The notes beneath the pieces were generated by a model that saw nothing but the letters and a program-made list of their open reading frames with translations, had not been told where the DNA came from and ran no database searches. Shown here one piece after another: positions 56,494 through 64,000 of a DNA stretch of 64,000 bases (position 1 is its first letter; every line of letters starts with the position of its first letter). Source of the DNA: Psychromonadaceae bacterium (lineage in GTDB: Bacteria > Pseudomonadota > Gammaproteobacteria > Enterobacterales > CBDFNC01); the NCBI GenBank assembly GCA_965249895.1, contig CBDFNC010000001.1:1163024-1227023 (forward strand). The letters are read 5' to 3'. Made by a program: the position numbers and the translations under genes.

Positions 56494-56909
56494 TTAAGTT
56501 GGAGCATGTGAACTTAGTAGTGACTGATCTGGCAGAGTTGGAAAATTTCCTGCTGGCGGCTTTTCCCAGCTGGTCGCGTCGTGGCGAAGGTCAAATGGAT
56601 TGGGCGGGGAAGCAAATAACCTGGGCGCATATTGGCGACGACGTATTTTATGTGGCCGCCAGAGATGGAGCAGAAACTGAAGCGCGTGTATGGGACAGCC
56701 ATGATTCCGGGTTAGCACACCTGGGTTTTAACGTGGATGATTTAGCGGGTATAGAGCACAATTTAGCTAAAGCGGGTTATCAGATCCATCATTCGGGGCC
56801 GGCGCACACTTATCGAAAGAATCATTACTATATGGATAATCAAGGCTTACAGTATGAATTTGTAGAGTATTTAACGGATAAAGCAGAATTAAGAAACAGC
56901 TATGAATAA
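56490..56909 (+). CDS. VOC family (glyoxalase-like) protein
   Basis: IKLEHVNLVVTDLAELENFL and HLGFNVDDLAG modules. Confidence 0.7.
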   Translation: MIKLEHVNLVVTDLAELENFLLAAFPSWSRRGEGQMDWAGKQITWAHIGDDVFYVAARDGAETEARVWDSHDSGLAHLGFNVDDLAGIEHNLAKAGYQIHHSGPAHTYRKNHYYMDNQGLQYEFVEYLTDKAELRNSYE

Positions 56910-57894
56910 GGAGCAGGTGATGAAAAGCGAGTTACTGGAGCGTTTGCTGGCTAACGGGCAGGCTTATCATGTTTACTTTAACCAGGGATTGTCCAATCAC
57001 CTGCCGATGGCGCTGATCGCTTTACATAAGCTTGGCGGGAGTGATCAGCAATTACTGGCGTTTCAGCAAGACTATTTACCTAAACTAGAGAAATGTAACC
57101 CTGCGGATGTTGAGGAGATATGGGATATTTCTGAACATCTGGGGCAGGGGGACAAGTTTTCCATGTACCTCAGCTATTTCCAGCAGCAACTGGCAAAGCA
57201 ACCCCTGCAGATCTGTTTACAAAGTGTTTTACCGGTTTTGCTGCCGGGGATTGGGGCCAGTGCTTTCCATGGGCTGATCCGCCTGGCGTATGGAATTGAG
57301 CAGCAAAACCTAAATGAGGTTAGCTTTGGCCTGGCGGATTGGGCTGCGCATTATATGCCGCTGAAGTTAAGTTCCGAGAAGTCGAATAAAAGCATGGGGG
57401 AAGTGCTGGAAGAACTGGCCCCCGTTGCGCGTAATCATGAGTTTTCCCCCGGACTTATTTTTAACCGAATGATAGAAATATCCCGACTGGATAAAGTGCA
57501 AGCCTATCCGGTTCAGCCTACTGAAATATCACAGCAAGAGCTGGCAGCACTGGCGGTACACGCCTATGCCGGGTCTGGTGATTTTACGTTATTGCACGGG
57601 GTGACGGGCTGCCATGCCCTTAGGTTGATATTACCTTATTGCCCGGACGCTGAATTGGCGCTTCGCTCCTTTTGGCAAGCTTTACTCATCGCCTATTTGA
57701 GCACCGCGGGGGTAGAAATTTCTTCGCCGCCGAGCTTGAATAATGAAGCGGTTGACTGGTCGATATTAAAGGCGCGGGTGTGCAACAGTAAAGATGACCA
57801 CCAGGTGAAACTCATGTATACCCTGTGGCAGGAGTCGCTGGTTTATTCTAACTCCGTTTATTTGGCGCTTGCCAACCGCCTGGCTTTCGGGTGA
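56902..57894 (+). CDS. hypothetical protein (possibly questin-oxidase-like/DUF4243)
   Basis: 330 aa. The motif GLSNHLPMALIALHKLGG is reminiscent of DUF4243. Low certainty. Confidence 0.4.
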   Translation: MNKEQVMKSELLERLLANGQAYHVYFNQGLSNHLPMALIALHKLGGSDQQLLAFQQDYLPKLEKCNPADVEEIWDISEHLGQGDKFSMYLSYFQQQLAKQPLQICLQSVLPVLLPGIGASAFHGLIRLAYGIEQQNLNEVSFGLADWAAHYMPLKLSSEKSNKSMGEVLEELAPVARNHEFSPGLIFNRMIEISRLDKVQAYPVQPTEISQQELAALAVHAYAGSGDFTLLHGVTGCHALRLILPYCPDAELALRSFWQALLIAYLSTAGVEISSPPSLNNEAVDWSILKARVCNSKDDHQVKLMYTLWQESLVYSNSVYLALANRLAFG

Positions 57895-57939
57895 TCTGCT
57901 TCAACCTATGTGTCATTAACCGTACTAAAATAGGGGATT

Positions 57940-58686
57940 GTGTTAAAATCCGGCACTCTCCTATTGATAGTGAATTTCTCTCCTATGGATGAAGCGTTAG
58001 CCACCAAAGGTCCGGAAACTGAGCCTTCTCCGCATTCGGAATTGGCCCAGCTTCAAGCTAAGCTAGTTCGACATGAGAAGACGATTAGCCAGCAAGATCA
58101 TAAGATTAACAGCCTGTCTAAACGTATTGATGAAAGAACCCTGACCCTTTCCAGGGTGTTGGCCAGCCTAAGAGGAAATGTGGACAGCATCGCACCGTTG
58201 GAAGTTATGTTGCTGCAAATCCGAAAGCGTATCCTAAATGATGTGACCAATAGTTTGGGTGAGCCTGATACGGGTGATAAGAAACGGGAATATAACTTGC
58301 TGGTTATTGCGACAACAGAGTATATTGTTTACCTGCAAGACGGGGCGACGGGTCTGACCCAGCTGATGGCGGACGTATTGCAAAAGGAGCCTGAGTTATT
58401 AAGCGAAAACCCTCAAATTTGCGCAGATTTAAGTCATGGACTGGCAACGGCGTCTGATGGTTTTCATCAGACGGTAGACACAGCTTATCGCTGGGTATCC
58501 ACTCGCATCGAAGAGTTAAAAGCTTCTGTGTTGTATCTGAGCGAGACAGATACTGTACCTGACAACGCCTCTTTAAGCCTGTTTACAGGCCAGGACAAAT
58601 TACGTCAGCTGTTAGAGCCTGACTATAGCGATTATAAAAATGTCTTAACAGACAATGCGTTTGCTATCGAAGGCCAGCTGGTTTAA
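57940..58686 (+). CDS. hypothetical protein (248 aa)
   Basis: Probably helical. No family assigned. Confidence 0.4.
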   Translation: MLKSGTLLLIVNFSPMDEALATKGPETEPSPHSELAQLQAKLVRHEKTISQQDHKINSLSKRIDERTLTLSRVLASLRGNVDSIAPLEVMLLQIRKRILNDVTNSLGEPDTGDKKREYNLLVIATTEYIVYLQDGATGLTQLMADVLQKEPELLSENPQICADLSHGLATASDGFHQTVDTAYRWVSTRIEELKASVLYLSETDTVPDNASLSLFTGQDKLRQLLEPDYSDYKNVLTDNAFAIEGQLV

Positions 58687-58703
58687 CAAATGCCATAGCA
58701 GCG

Positions 58704-59540
58704 TTAGCCTAACGAACCCGAGATAATGGCCGGCATCAGACGGTTTTTTAACGAAGGAAAAAGGGTGCAAACCCAGCCCATCAGGCCCCACTTATTGGTG
58801 TAATAGTCCAGTAAACTATGATGATTATCGAGCAACAGGCTCGGGTGTAACTTTTCCACGTCATCCGGGGATTTGTAGCCGGATTTAAAAGGAACATTCA
58901 GGCCCAGGGCCTTTACCGACGCGTGCACTTTGCCTTTCATCAGGTCGCCGACTACTTCGAAGCATACGTGAACTGAGCCTAACTTTTTCTCCATGGCATC
59001 GAATAGTCGAGTTAACTCCCCGTCACTGAAATACATAAATGTGCCTTCAGATAACACCAGCACATCGGTATTGGTATCAAAAGGGATGTTATCCAGCCAG
59101 CTGGGATCCAGCAATGAGCCTGCTAGCATCTTGTATCTGGGTTCGTCATTAAAAAAAACTTTACGGTAATAGAGGGTTTCCTCTACATCCAGATCCAGCC
59201 AAAATCTATGTCCGTTATCCAACCGTTGAGCCCTGGCATCCAGCCCACAACCGATATTAATGATCAAACCATCGGGTTTCTCTGCCAGAAACTCTTCCAC
59301 TGCGGCATCGAATAACTGGGTGCGAATGGCAACACCTAACTGGATGCCTTCCCGGTTAAATCGGCTGAGATTTTCGAATACAGAAAAATCGAACAGGATC
59401 CTTTCACAAATATTGACGGCAAAGCTGTCTCTGATCAACGGACTTGGGCTGTTGCTTTCCCTGGCTCTGGCCCACAGTGGGATCAGTAAGGTGGCGGGAA
59501 TATCATTCAGCTTAATGTTGGAATCCATGTCTACCTCCAC
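58704..59540 (-). CDS. class I SAM-dependent methyltransferase (LCM/TcmP-like)
   Basis: LIINIGCGLDARAQRL SAM-binding motif. 278 aa. Confidence 0.65.
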   Translation of the reverse strand: MEVDMDSNIKLNDIPATLLIPLWARARESNSPSPLIRDSFAVNICERILFDFSVFENLSRFNREGIQLGVAIRTQLFDAAVEEFLAEKPDGLIINIGCGLDARAQRLDNGHRFWLDLDVEETLYYRKVFFNDEPRYKMLAGSLLDPSWLDNIPFDTNTDVLVLSEGTFMYFSDGELTRLFDAMEKKLGSVHVCFEVVGDLMKGKVHASVKALGLNVPFKSGYKSPDDVEKLHPSLLLDNHHSLLDYYTNKWGLMGWVCTLFPSLKNRLMPAIISGSLG

Positions 59541-59833
59541 TTAGTTCTTTAAATGATAATAAATATCATTTATTAGTTCAATATACCTTATATGACATAG
59601 TTAACATTTTTGTCATTAATATTCTTGAGAAGGATTATCGATAGCTGCCACTGATAAGTCAAAGCTAACTATGTGACAAAAGATTCGGAAACCTTACAAA
59701 GCGCGATACTTTGGCCACAGAGGACCAAAGGTGACTGATTTAACTTACAAAGTACGACACTTTGGCCACTGAGAGCCAAAGCTGGATTACTTAACCTAGC
59801 CCCATTAATTGCGACGCAGTCAGCAGTTTATTA

Positions 59834-60520
59834 ATGGGGCACAAAATGGATAAAAAGGCAGTGATGGCCATGATCTTGGCGGCAATAAGTGCCAACACAT
59901 TGGCGTCGGAGAAAAGCCTTAAACAGGCAGGGGATATATTGCAAATGGCCTTGCCGATATCCGCGCTGGGCGTCACTTTTCTAAAAGGCGATACCGAGGG
60001 AAGCTGGCAATTGGCCAAATCCACAGGCACCACAATTGCCATTACCCATGCCCTGAAATTTGCCAGTCAGAAGCGTCGTCCTGATTTTTCTTCCAATAGT
60101 TCATTCCCATCTGGTCACACTGCGACGGCTTTTAGTGGCGCCTCATTTTATTACACTCGTTATGGGGCTAAGTGGGGCGTACCTGCGTATGCCCTGGCGG
60201 CGTATACCGGCTGGAGTCGGGTAAATGGCGAAAAGCACTATTGGGATGATGTGGTGGCAGGCGCCAGTATCGCGATATTAAGTAATTTGTATTTTACCAA
60301 GCCTATTAGTGAAGATGTATTGATCAGTCCTAGGGTCGAAGGGGATAGTCTTGGGTTGAACCTTCTGATCTCCAATGCGGCCTTTGGTAACAAGCCTTCG
60401 CGAGCTAGTTATACAAAGTCATTCGATCCTGAGTTCAGGTTTGAATTTGCTATGGGCCCGTCGCAGATGAAAATGAAGAACGCCAAAAATACCTGGCTAA
60501 AGACCCGACAAAGCCTGTAA
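59834..60520 (+). CDS. PAP2 family phosphatase with signal peptide and beta-strand-rich C-terminal extension
   Basis: PAP2 motifs KRRPD, PSGHT and SRVNGEKHYWDD. Confidence 0.75.
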   Translation: MGHKMDKKAVMAMILAAISANTLASEKSLKQAGDILQMALPISALGVTFLKGDTEGSWQLAKSTGTTIAITHALKFASQKRRPDFSSNSSFPSGHTATAFSGASFYYTRYGAKWGVPAYALAAYTGWSRVNGEKHYWDDVVAGASIAILSNLYFTKPISEDVLISPRVEGDSLGLNLLISNAAFGNKPSRASYTKSFDPEFRFEFAMGPSQMKMKNAKNTWLKTRQSL

Positions 60521-60610
60521 GCCGATAACTCCACCACTTCGGCCAGTGTAAAATGGCAGTGGTTTATTAACGACCAACATGAGCTGGGTTTCTTTGCTCA
60601 ACCTTATGAG

Positions 60611-61081
60611 TTGCGGAGTAAAAGCGAGGGGGTTACCAGTCAAGGCAGCAGCGAATCATATGCTCGTTATCAAGTTTGGGATGTAAGGTTTGACTGGTTA
60701 TACAATTTTGATCTGACAGATAAGCTGATCACTAAAGGGGGCTTATCCGTGTTAGGCCAGTTTACCGAACTGGAAAGCTACCATAATCCAGATAACAGAA
60801 ACACAATAACAAAGCAGCAGGAGAATTTTTACTTCCCTATGGTAAATGCGACCCTGGGTTATCAATTTACCCCCGAACTGGCTTTAGCTCTCACGGCGGC
60901 TCACGGCCACAATGGTAAGGGTTATGCGCACAGGGAAGATACCACTTTAACTTACAAATTAAATAGCAGTTGGGATGTGGGCTTGGGTTATAGCAATTAT
61001 CAGCGGCACCAGGATAATTCGGAGACTATCGATGATCTGACAATTAGCAGCTATTTGCTTAAGCTGGGTTACAGCTTTTAG
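60611..61081 (+). CDS. outer-membrane beta-barrel-like protein fragment, in frame with the upstream PAP2 ORF
   Basis: Alternating hydrophobic pattern and C-terminal ...LKLGYSF. Same reading frame as 59834..60520. The open frame continues upstream to 60521 without a stop. Confidence 0.45.
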   Translation: MRSKSEGVTSQGSSESYARYQVWDVRFDWLYNFDLTDKLITKGGLSVLGQFTELESYHNPDNRNTITKQQENFYFPMVNATLGYQFTPELALALTAAHGHNGKGYAHREDTTLTYKLNSSWDVGLGYSNYQRHQDNSETIDDLTISSYLLKLGYSF

Positions 61082-61194
61082 ACAGTTCTTCCTTATGTTG
61101 GGAGCTGTAGAGCCAAACGCTGTAGAAATACAATAAGTGCAAATTGTTAGTCGGATGATTAAAATAGACCTTTGTCACTTTTAAATATCCGGCT

Positions 61195-61974
61195 ATGAAA
61201 TCCTATATAACACTGCTGTTATTAGTCACCACAATTCTCCCTGCTTCTGGATTTGCTCAATCTGTCTCATTATCAGATGAGCAGGTCGCCGATATAGGCC
61301 ACAAAATATGGCTCAATGAAGGAGCTGGTAAAAAAGAAAATCTGCTGGTATGGAACAAAGGAGAGGATTTTCCTTCCCTGGGAATTGGTCACTTTCTCTG
61401 GTTTCCTGCCGACAGTGCGGCGCCGTTTCAGGAGCAGTTCCCCAAGCTACTGAGCTTTTTTGTGGAAAATGGCGTTAAGTTACCTGCATGGTTAACCACT
61501 GAAACTACAGCACCCTGGATGAGTCGTGTTGAATTTTATCAGCAAAGGGAAAGTCTGCGCAGCCGACAGCTAGTGGGCTTACTGGCGGAAACCGTGCCAC
61601 TGCAAACCCGCTTTATTATCCAGCGTCTCGAATCCGCTTTGCCAGTCATACTGGCGGCCTTAGAGAGTGAGGAAAGGAAGCACTATGTGGAGCAGCAATA
61701 TTATCGGGTCGCCAATACGGCCAATGGTTATTACCTGTTAATTGATTATGTGAACTTCAAAGGGGAAGGGGTATCAGTTAAGGAGCGTTATAAAGGGCAG
61801 GGTTGGGGATTATTACAGGTACTGGAAGCTATGCCTGGCAATACCGGTAATCCGGCTAAAGAGTTTTCCGAAGCCGCCGACCGGGTGCTGACACTAAGGG
61901 TGGAAAATGCGCCAAGAGATGAAAGTCGCTGGTTACCGGGCTGGCGTAAACGTATTGCCAGCTATCTTATCTAG
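61195..61974 (+). CDS. hypothetical secreted protein (259 aa)
   Basis: Signal peptide MKSYITLLLLVTTILPASGFAQS. Confidence 0.5.
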   Translation: MKSYITLLLLVTTILPASGFAQSVSLSDEQVADIGHKIWLNEGAGKKENLLVWNKGEDFPSLGIGHFLWFPADSAAPFQEQFPKLLSFFVENGVKLPAWLTTETTAPWMSRVEFYQQRESLRSRQLVGLLAETVPLQTRFIIQRLESALPVILAALESEERKHYVEQQYYRVANTANGYYLLIDYVNFKGEGVSVKERYKGQGWGLLQVLEAMPGNTGNPAKEFSEAADRVLTLRVENAPRDESRWLPGWRKRIASYLI

Positions 61975-62037
61975 CTTTCAGTCAAATACCTGGCAAAGTA
62001 CCAAGCCCGCCCAAGATTTTGGGCGGGCTTGACCTGG

Positions 62038-62550
62038 TTACAGTGACCGTACCGCGCGCGATGACTGATCATATAGTCCGGATAAAGTCCTCATTATTGA
62101 AGCTACTTCGCCGAGTTGATCGTTCACATTAAGGCTGGAGACAACGTCTACCAGACACTGATTGCGGATATCGCGATATTCACGACAAAACACCTGTCCT
62201 TGCTCAGTAACCTGATAGAAGGTTTCCTTTCCCTGTCGTTTTCCCTCTGCCAAATCTCGCTTAACCAGCTTTCTGACCGAATAAGACACGTTATGTATAT
62301 CTTCGATATTGAGGGTAAATGCCAAATCGCTGATCCGCTTTGGCCTGTCCCTGTGATGAATATTATGCAGCACCAGAATATCCAGTGGGCTTAACTCCGA
62401 GCAACCAGCGGCCGTACTGCATGACTGCATCCAGCGCTGAAAGGCGTTGTTGACAACGGTTAACGCATATTCAAATTCACTCAGTGTTATCGAATCTTTA
62501 TCCATTAAGTGGGATGAGGATACGATTGGCAAGTGTTCGGAGTTCTTCAT
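62038..62550 (-). CDS. putative winged-helix (MarR-like) transcriptional regulator
   Basis: 170 aa with a central wHTH-like segment (LSPLDILVLHNIHHRDRPKRISDLAFTLNIEDIHNVSYSVRKL). Confidence 0.45.
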   Translation of the reverse strand: MKNSEHLPIVSSSHLMDKDSITLSEFEYALTVVNNAFQRWMQSCSTAAGCSELSPLDILVLHNIHHRDRPKRISDLAFTLNIEDIHNVSYSVRKLVKRDLAEGKRQGKETFYQVTEQGQVFCREYRDIRNQCLVDVVSSLNVNDQLGEVASIMRTLSGLYDQSSRAVRSL

Positions 62551-62562
62551 ATTTTCCTCGTT

Positions 62563-63867
62563 TTAATTGGCTGTCATCTTGGTGGGTAGCCAAGTAACGA
62601 TTTCCGGATAGATAATCACTAATACTACAGCAGCTAGCAACAGGAAGAAAAACGGCAATGCTGCTTTAGCGATAAACAGCATATCCCGCCCCGTCAGGCT
62701 TTGGATCACAAACAGGTTAAAGCCCACTGGCGGGGTGATCTGTGACATCTCTACCACCAATACAATATAAATACCAAACCACAGGGGGTCGATACCAGCC
62801 TGGATAACCATAGGCAAGACAATTGAAGTGGTCAGTACCACGACGGAGATACCATCGAGAAAGCAACCCAGAATAACAAACAGAAAGGTAAGTATCAGCA
62901 ATAGCATATAAGGTGATAACTGCATCTCTGCTATAACTTCTGCAAGCATACGAGGCAAACCGATAAAACCCATGGCCACAGTTAAAAATGCAGCGCCAGC
63001 AAGAATGAGAATGATCATGCTCGAGGTCTTTACCGCGCCCATCAGGCTGTCACGAAAGCTTTGCCAGGATAAAGATTTGCCGCTGAATGCCAGGAACAAT
63101 GCGCCCACCACGCCAAATGCAGCGGCTTCGATGGGAGTTGCCAGACCGCCGTAGATAGAGCCTAAGACGAACACTACCAAGGTGCCAATGGGTACCAGTT
63201 TAAGCAGGGCGGTTAGTTTTTCTGACCAGCTGTAGGATATAGCTCCAGCCGGCATTTTTTCGCTGTTGCGCCAGGCCCAAAAAGCCGTGTAACCCATAAA
63301 CATCAGCACTAACATAATGCCGGGAACCGCACCGGCCATAAACAAGCGACCAATGGATACTTCGGCTGCGACGCCGTATACGATCAAAATGATGGAGGGA
63401 GGGATCAACAGGCCTAACGTGCCTGAGCCTGCCAGGGTCGCCACAGCCATCTTATCGTCGTAACCCTGTTTTTTTAGCTCGGGTAACGTCATCCGCCCTA
63501 TGGTCGCGGCGGTGGCGGCAGATGAGCCGGAAACTGCGGCAAACATTCCACAGCTAAGAATATTTACGTGGAGTAAACGCCCGGGAACACGACCTAACCA
63601 GGGAGTTAATCCTTCAAACAGGTCGTTGGACAGGCGGGTTCTAAACAGTATCTCCCCCATCCAGATAAACAGGGGTAACGCGGCCAGCGTCCAGTCGGAT
63701 ACGGCACCCCAGGTGGAGGTAGCATAGATTAGTCCAAGCGCATCGTTCCCCAGCAGCATCATGCCGGTCAACGCGACGGCGATTAATGCAAGCGCGACCC
63801 ATAAGCCACTGGCAAGAAAGCCAAAAAGTACGACAATCAGAATGCCGCCAATAATCAATTCACTCAT
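62563..63867 (-). CDS. dctM: TRAP transporter large permease DctM
   Basis: 434 aa, about 12 TM helices, typical DctM sequence. Confidence 0.9.
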   Translation of the reverse strand: MSELIIGGILIVVLFGFLASGLWVALALIAVALTGMMLLGNDALGLIYATSTWGAVSDWTLAALPLFIWMGEILFRTRLSNDLFEGLTPWLGRVPGRLLHVNILSCGMFAAVSGSSAATAATIGRMTLPELKKQGYDDKMAVATLAGSGTLGLLIPPSIILIVYGVAAEVSIGRLFMAGAVPGIMLVLMFMGYTAFWAWRNSEKMPAGAISYSWSEKLTALLKLVPIGTLVVFVLGSIYGGLATPIEAAAFGVVGALFLAFSGKSLSWQSFRDSLMGAVKTSSMIILILAGAAFLTVAMGFIGLPRMLAEVIAEMQLSPYMLLLILTFLFVILGCFLDGISVVVLTTSIVLPMVIQAGIDPLWFGIYIVLVVEMSQITPPVGFNLFVIQSLTGRDMLFIAKAALPFFFLLLAAVVLVIIYPEIVTWLPTKMTAN

Positions 63868-64000
63868 GCCTTACCTCTTTCCGATTGGCTCTGGGTATCC
63901 TTCGCATCAAACTCAATGGCACTACTTTCAATCAGGGACTCCTCTTCAGAAAGGGGGATCCTTTGATTATACAGAAAGCTGCAAACGGCTTGATCTGCGA
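63864..64000 (-). CDS. dctQ: TRAP transporter small permease DctQ (3' end only; gene runs off the window)
   Basis: The frame ...SLIESSAIEFDAKDTQSQSERGKA* ends with an ATGA overlap onto dctM. Confidence 0.5.
   Translation of the reverse strand, partial: ADQAVCSFLYNQRIPLSEEESLIESSAIEFDAKDTQSQSERGKA

Overview
64 kb chromosomal segment that looks gammaproteobacterial (marine Alteromonadales-like, roughly 45-50% GC). Most protein identifications below are motif-level and from memory, because no tools were available.

Layout, left to right:
- 1-9.3 kb: an anaerobic-type cobalamin (cbi) cluster. cbiD-cbiJ-cbiC-cbiET-cbiL-cbiG-cbiH-cbiF lie on the minus strand, with a divergent cbiA/cobB on the plus strand. 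Two junctions carry tandem amplifications that include the stop/start junction or the cbiA 5' region.
- 9.4-11.8 kb: yaeQ, a YcgR-like PilZ gene, and a PAS-GGDEF diguanylate cyclase. A G12 tract abuts the GGDEF stop codon.
- 11.9-20.8 kb: variable-looking region around a tRNA-Gly(UCC) gene. It holds a 928-aa SF1 helicase with a C-terminal REase-like domain plus a 162-aa partner ORF, a 139-aa ORF, a leaderless UshA-like 5'-nucleotidase, and a 943-aa UvrD/HelD-like helicase with tandem topoisomerase-type zinc ribbons.
- 20.9-24.9 kb: an epimerase pseudogene, then ASCH, VOC and NYN genes and the ABC-F ATPase ybiT.
- 25.1-33.8 kb: a four-gene minus-strand operon that I could not place in any characterised system. 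It encodes an NfeD/YqiJ-like membrane protein, a flotillin (SPFH) with a long coiled coil, a 1670-aa coiled-coil protein with a C-terminal MoxR/McrB-type AAA+ module, and a single-HKD PLD-family nuclease. This is the best candidate for a novel membrane-associated defence or nucleic-acid surveillance system.
- 34.3-35.1 kb: a 78-bp tandem array (5.4 copies) in which every unit carries a stem-loop plus an intrinsic-terminator hairpin, which looks like a tandem sRNA-like array, followed by a dispersed structured repeat.
- 35.2-64 kb: CHASE2, a small secreted protein and an M48/TPR lipoprotein peptidase; a Dabb protein; mgtE; a lactonase; a histidine kinase; a PLP enzyme; a MITE-like element next to a GGDEF remnant; mtfA; a double-REC response regulator; AmmeMemo proteins B and A without the radical-SAM partner; a phoPQ-like pair; a CDF transporter; cheV; assorted redox, VOC and methyltransferase genes; a PAP2 phosphatase and beta-barrel pair split by one in-frame stop; and TRAP transporter dctM with partial dctQ.
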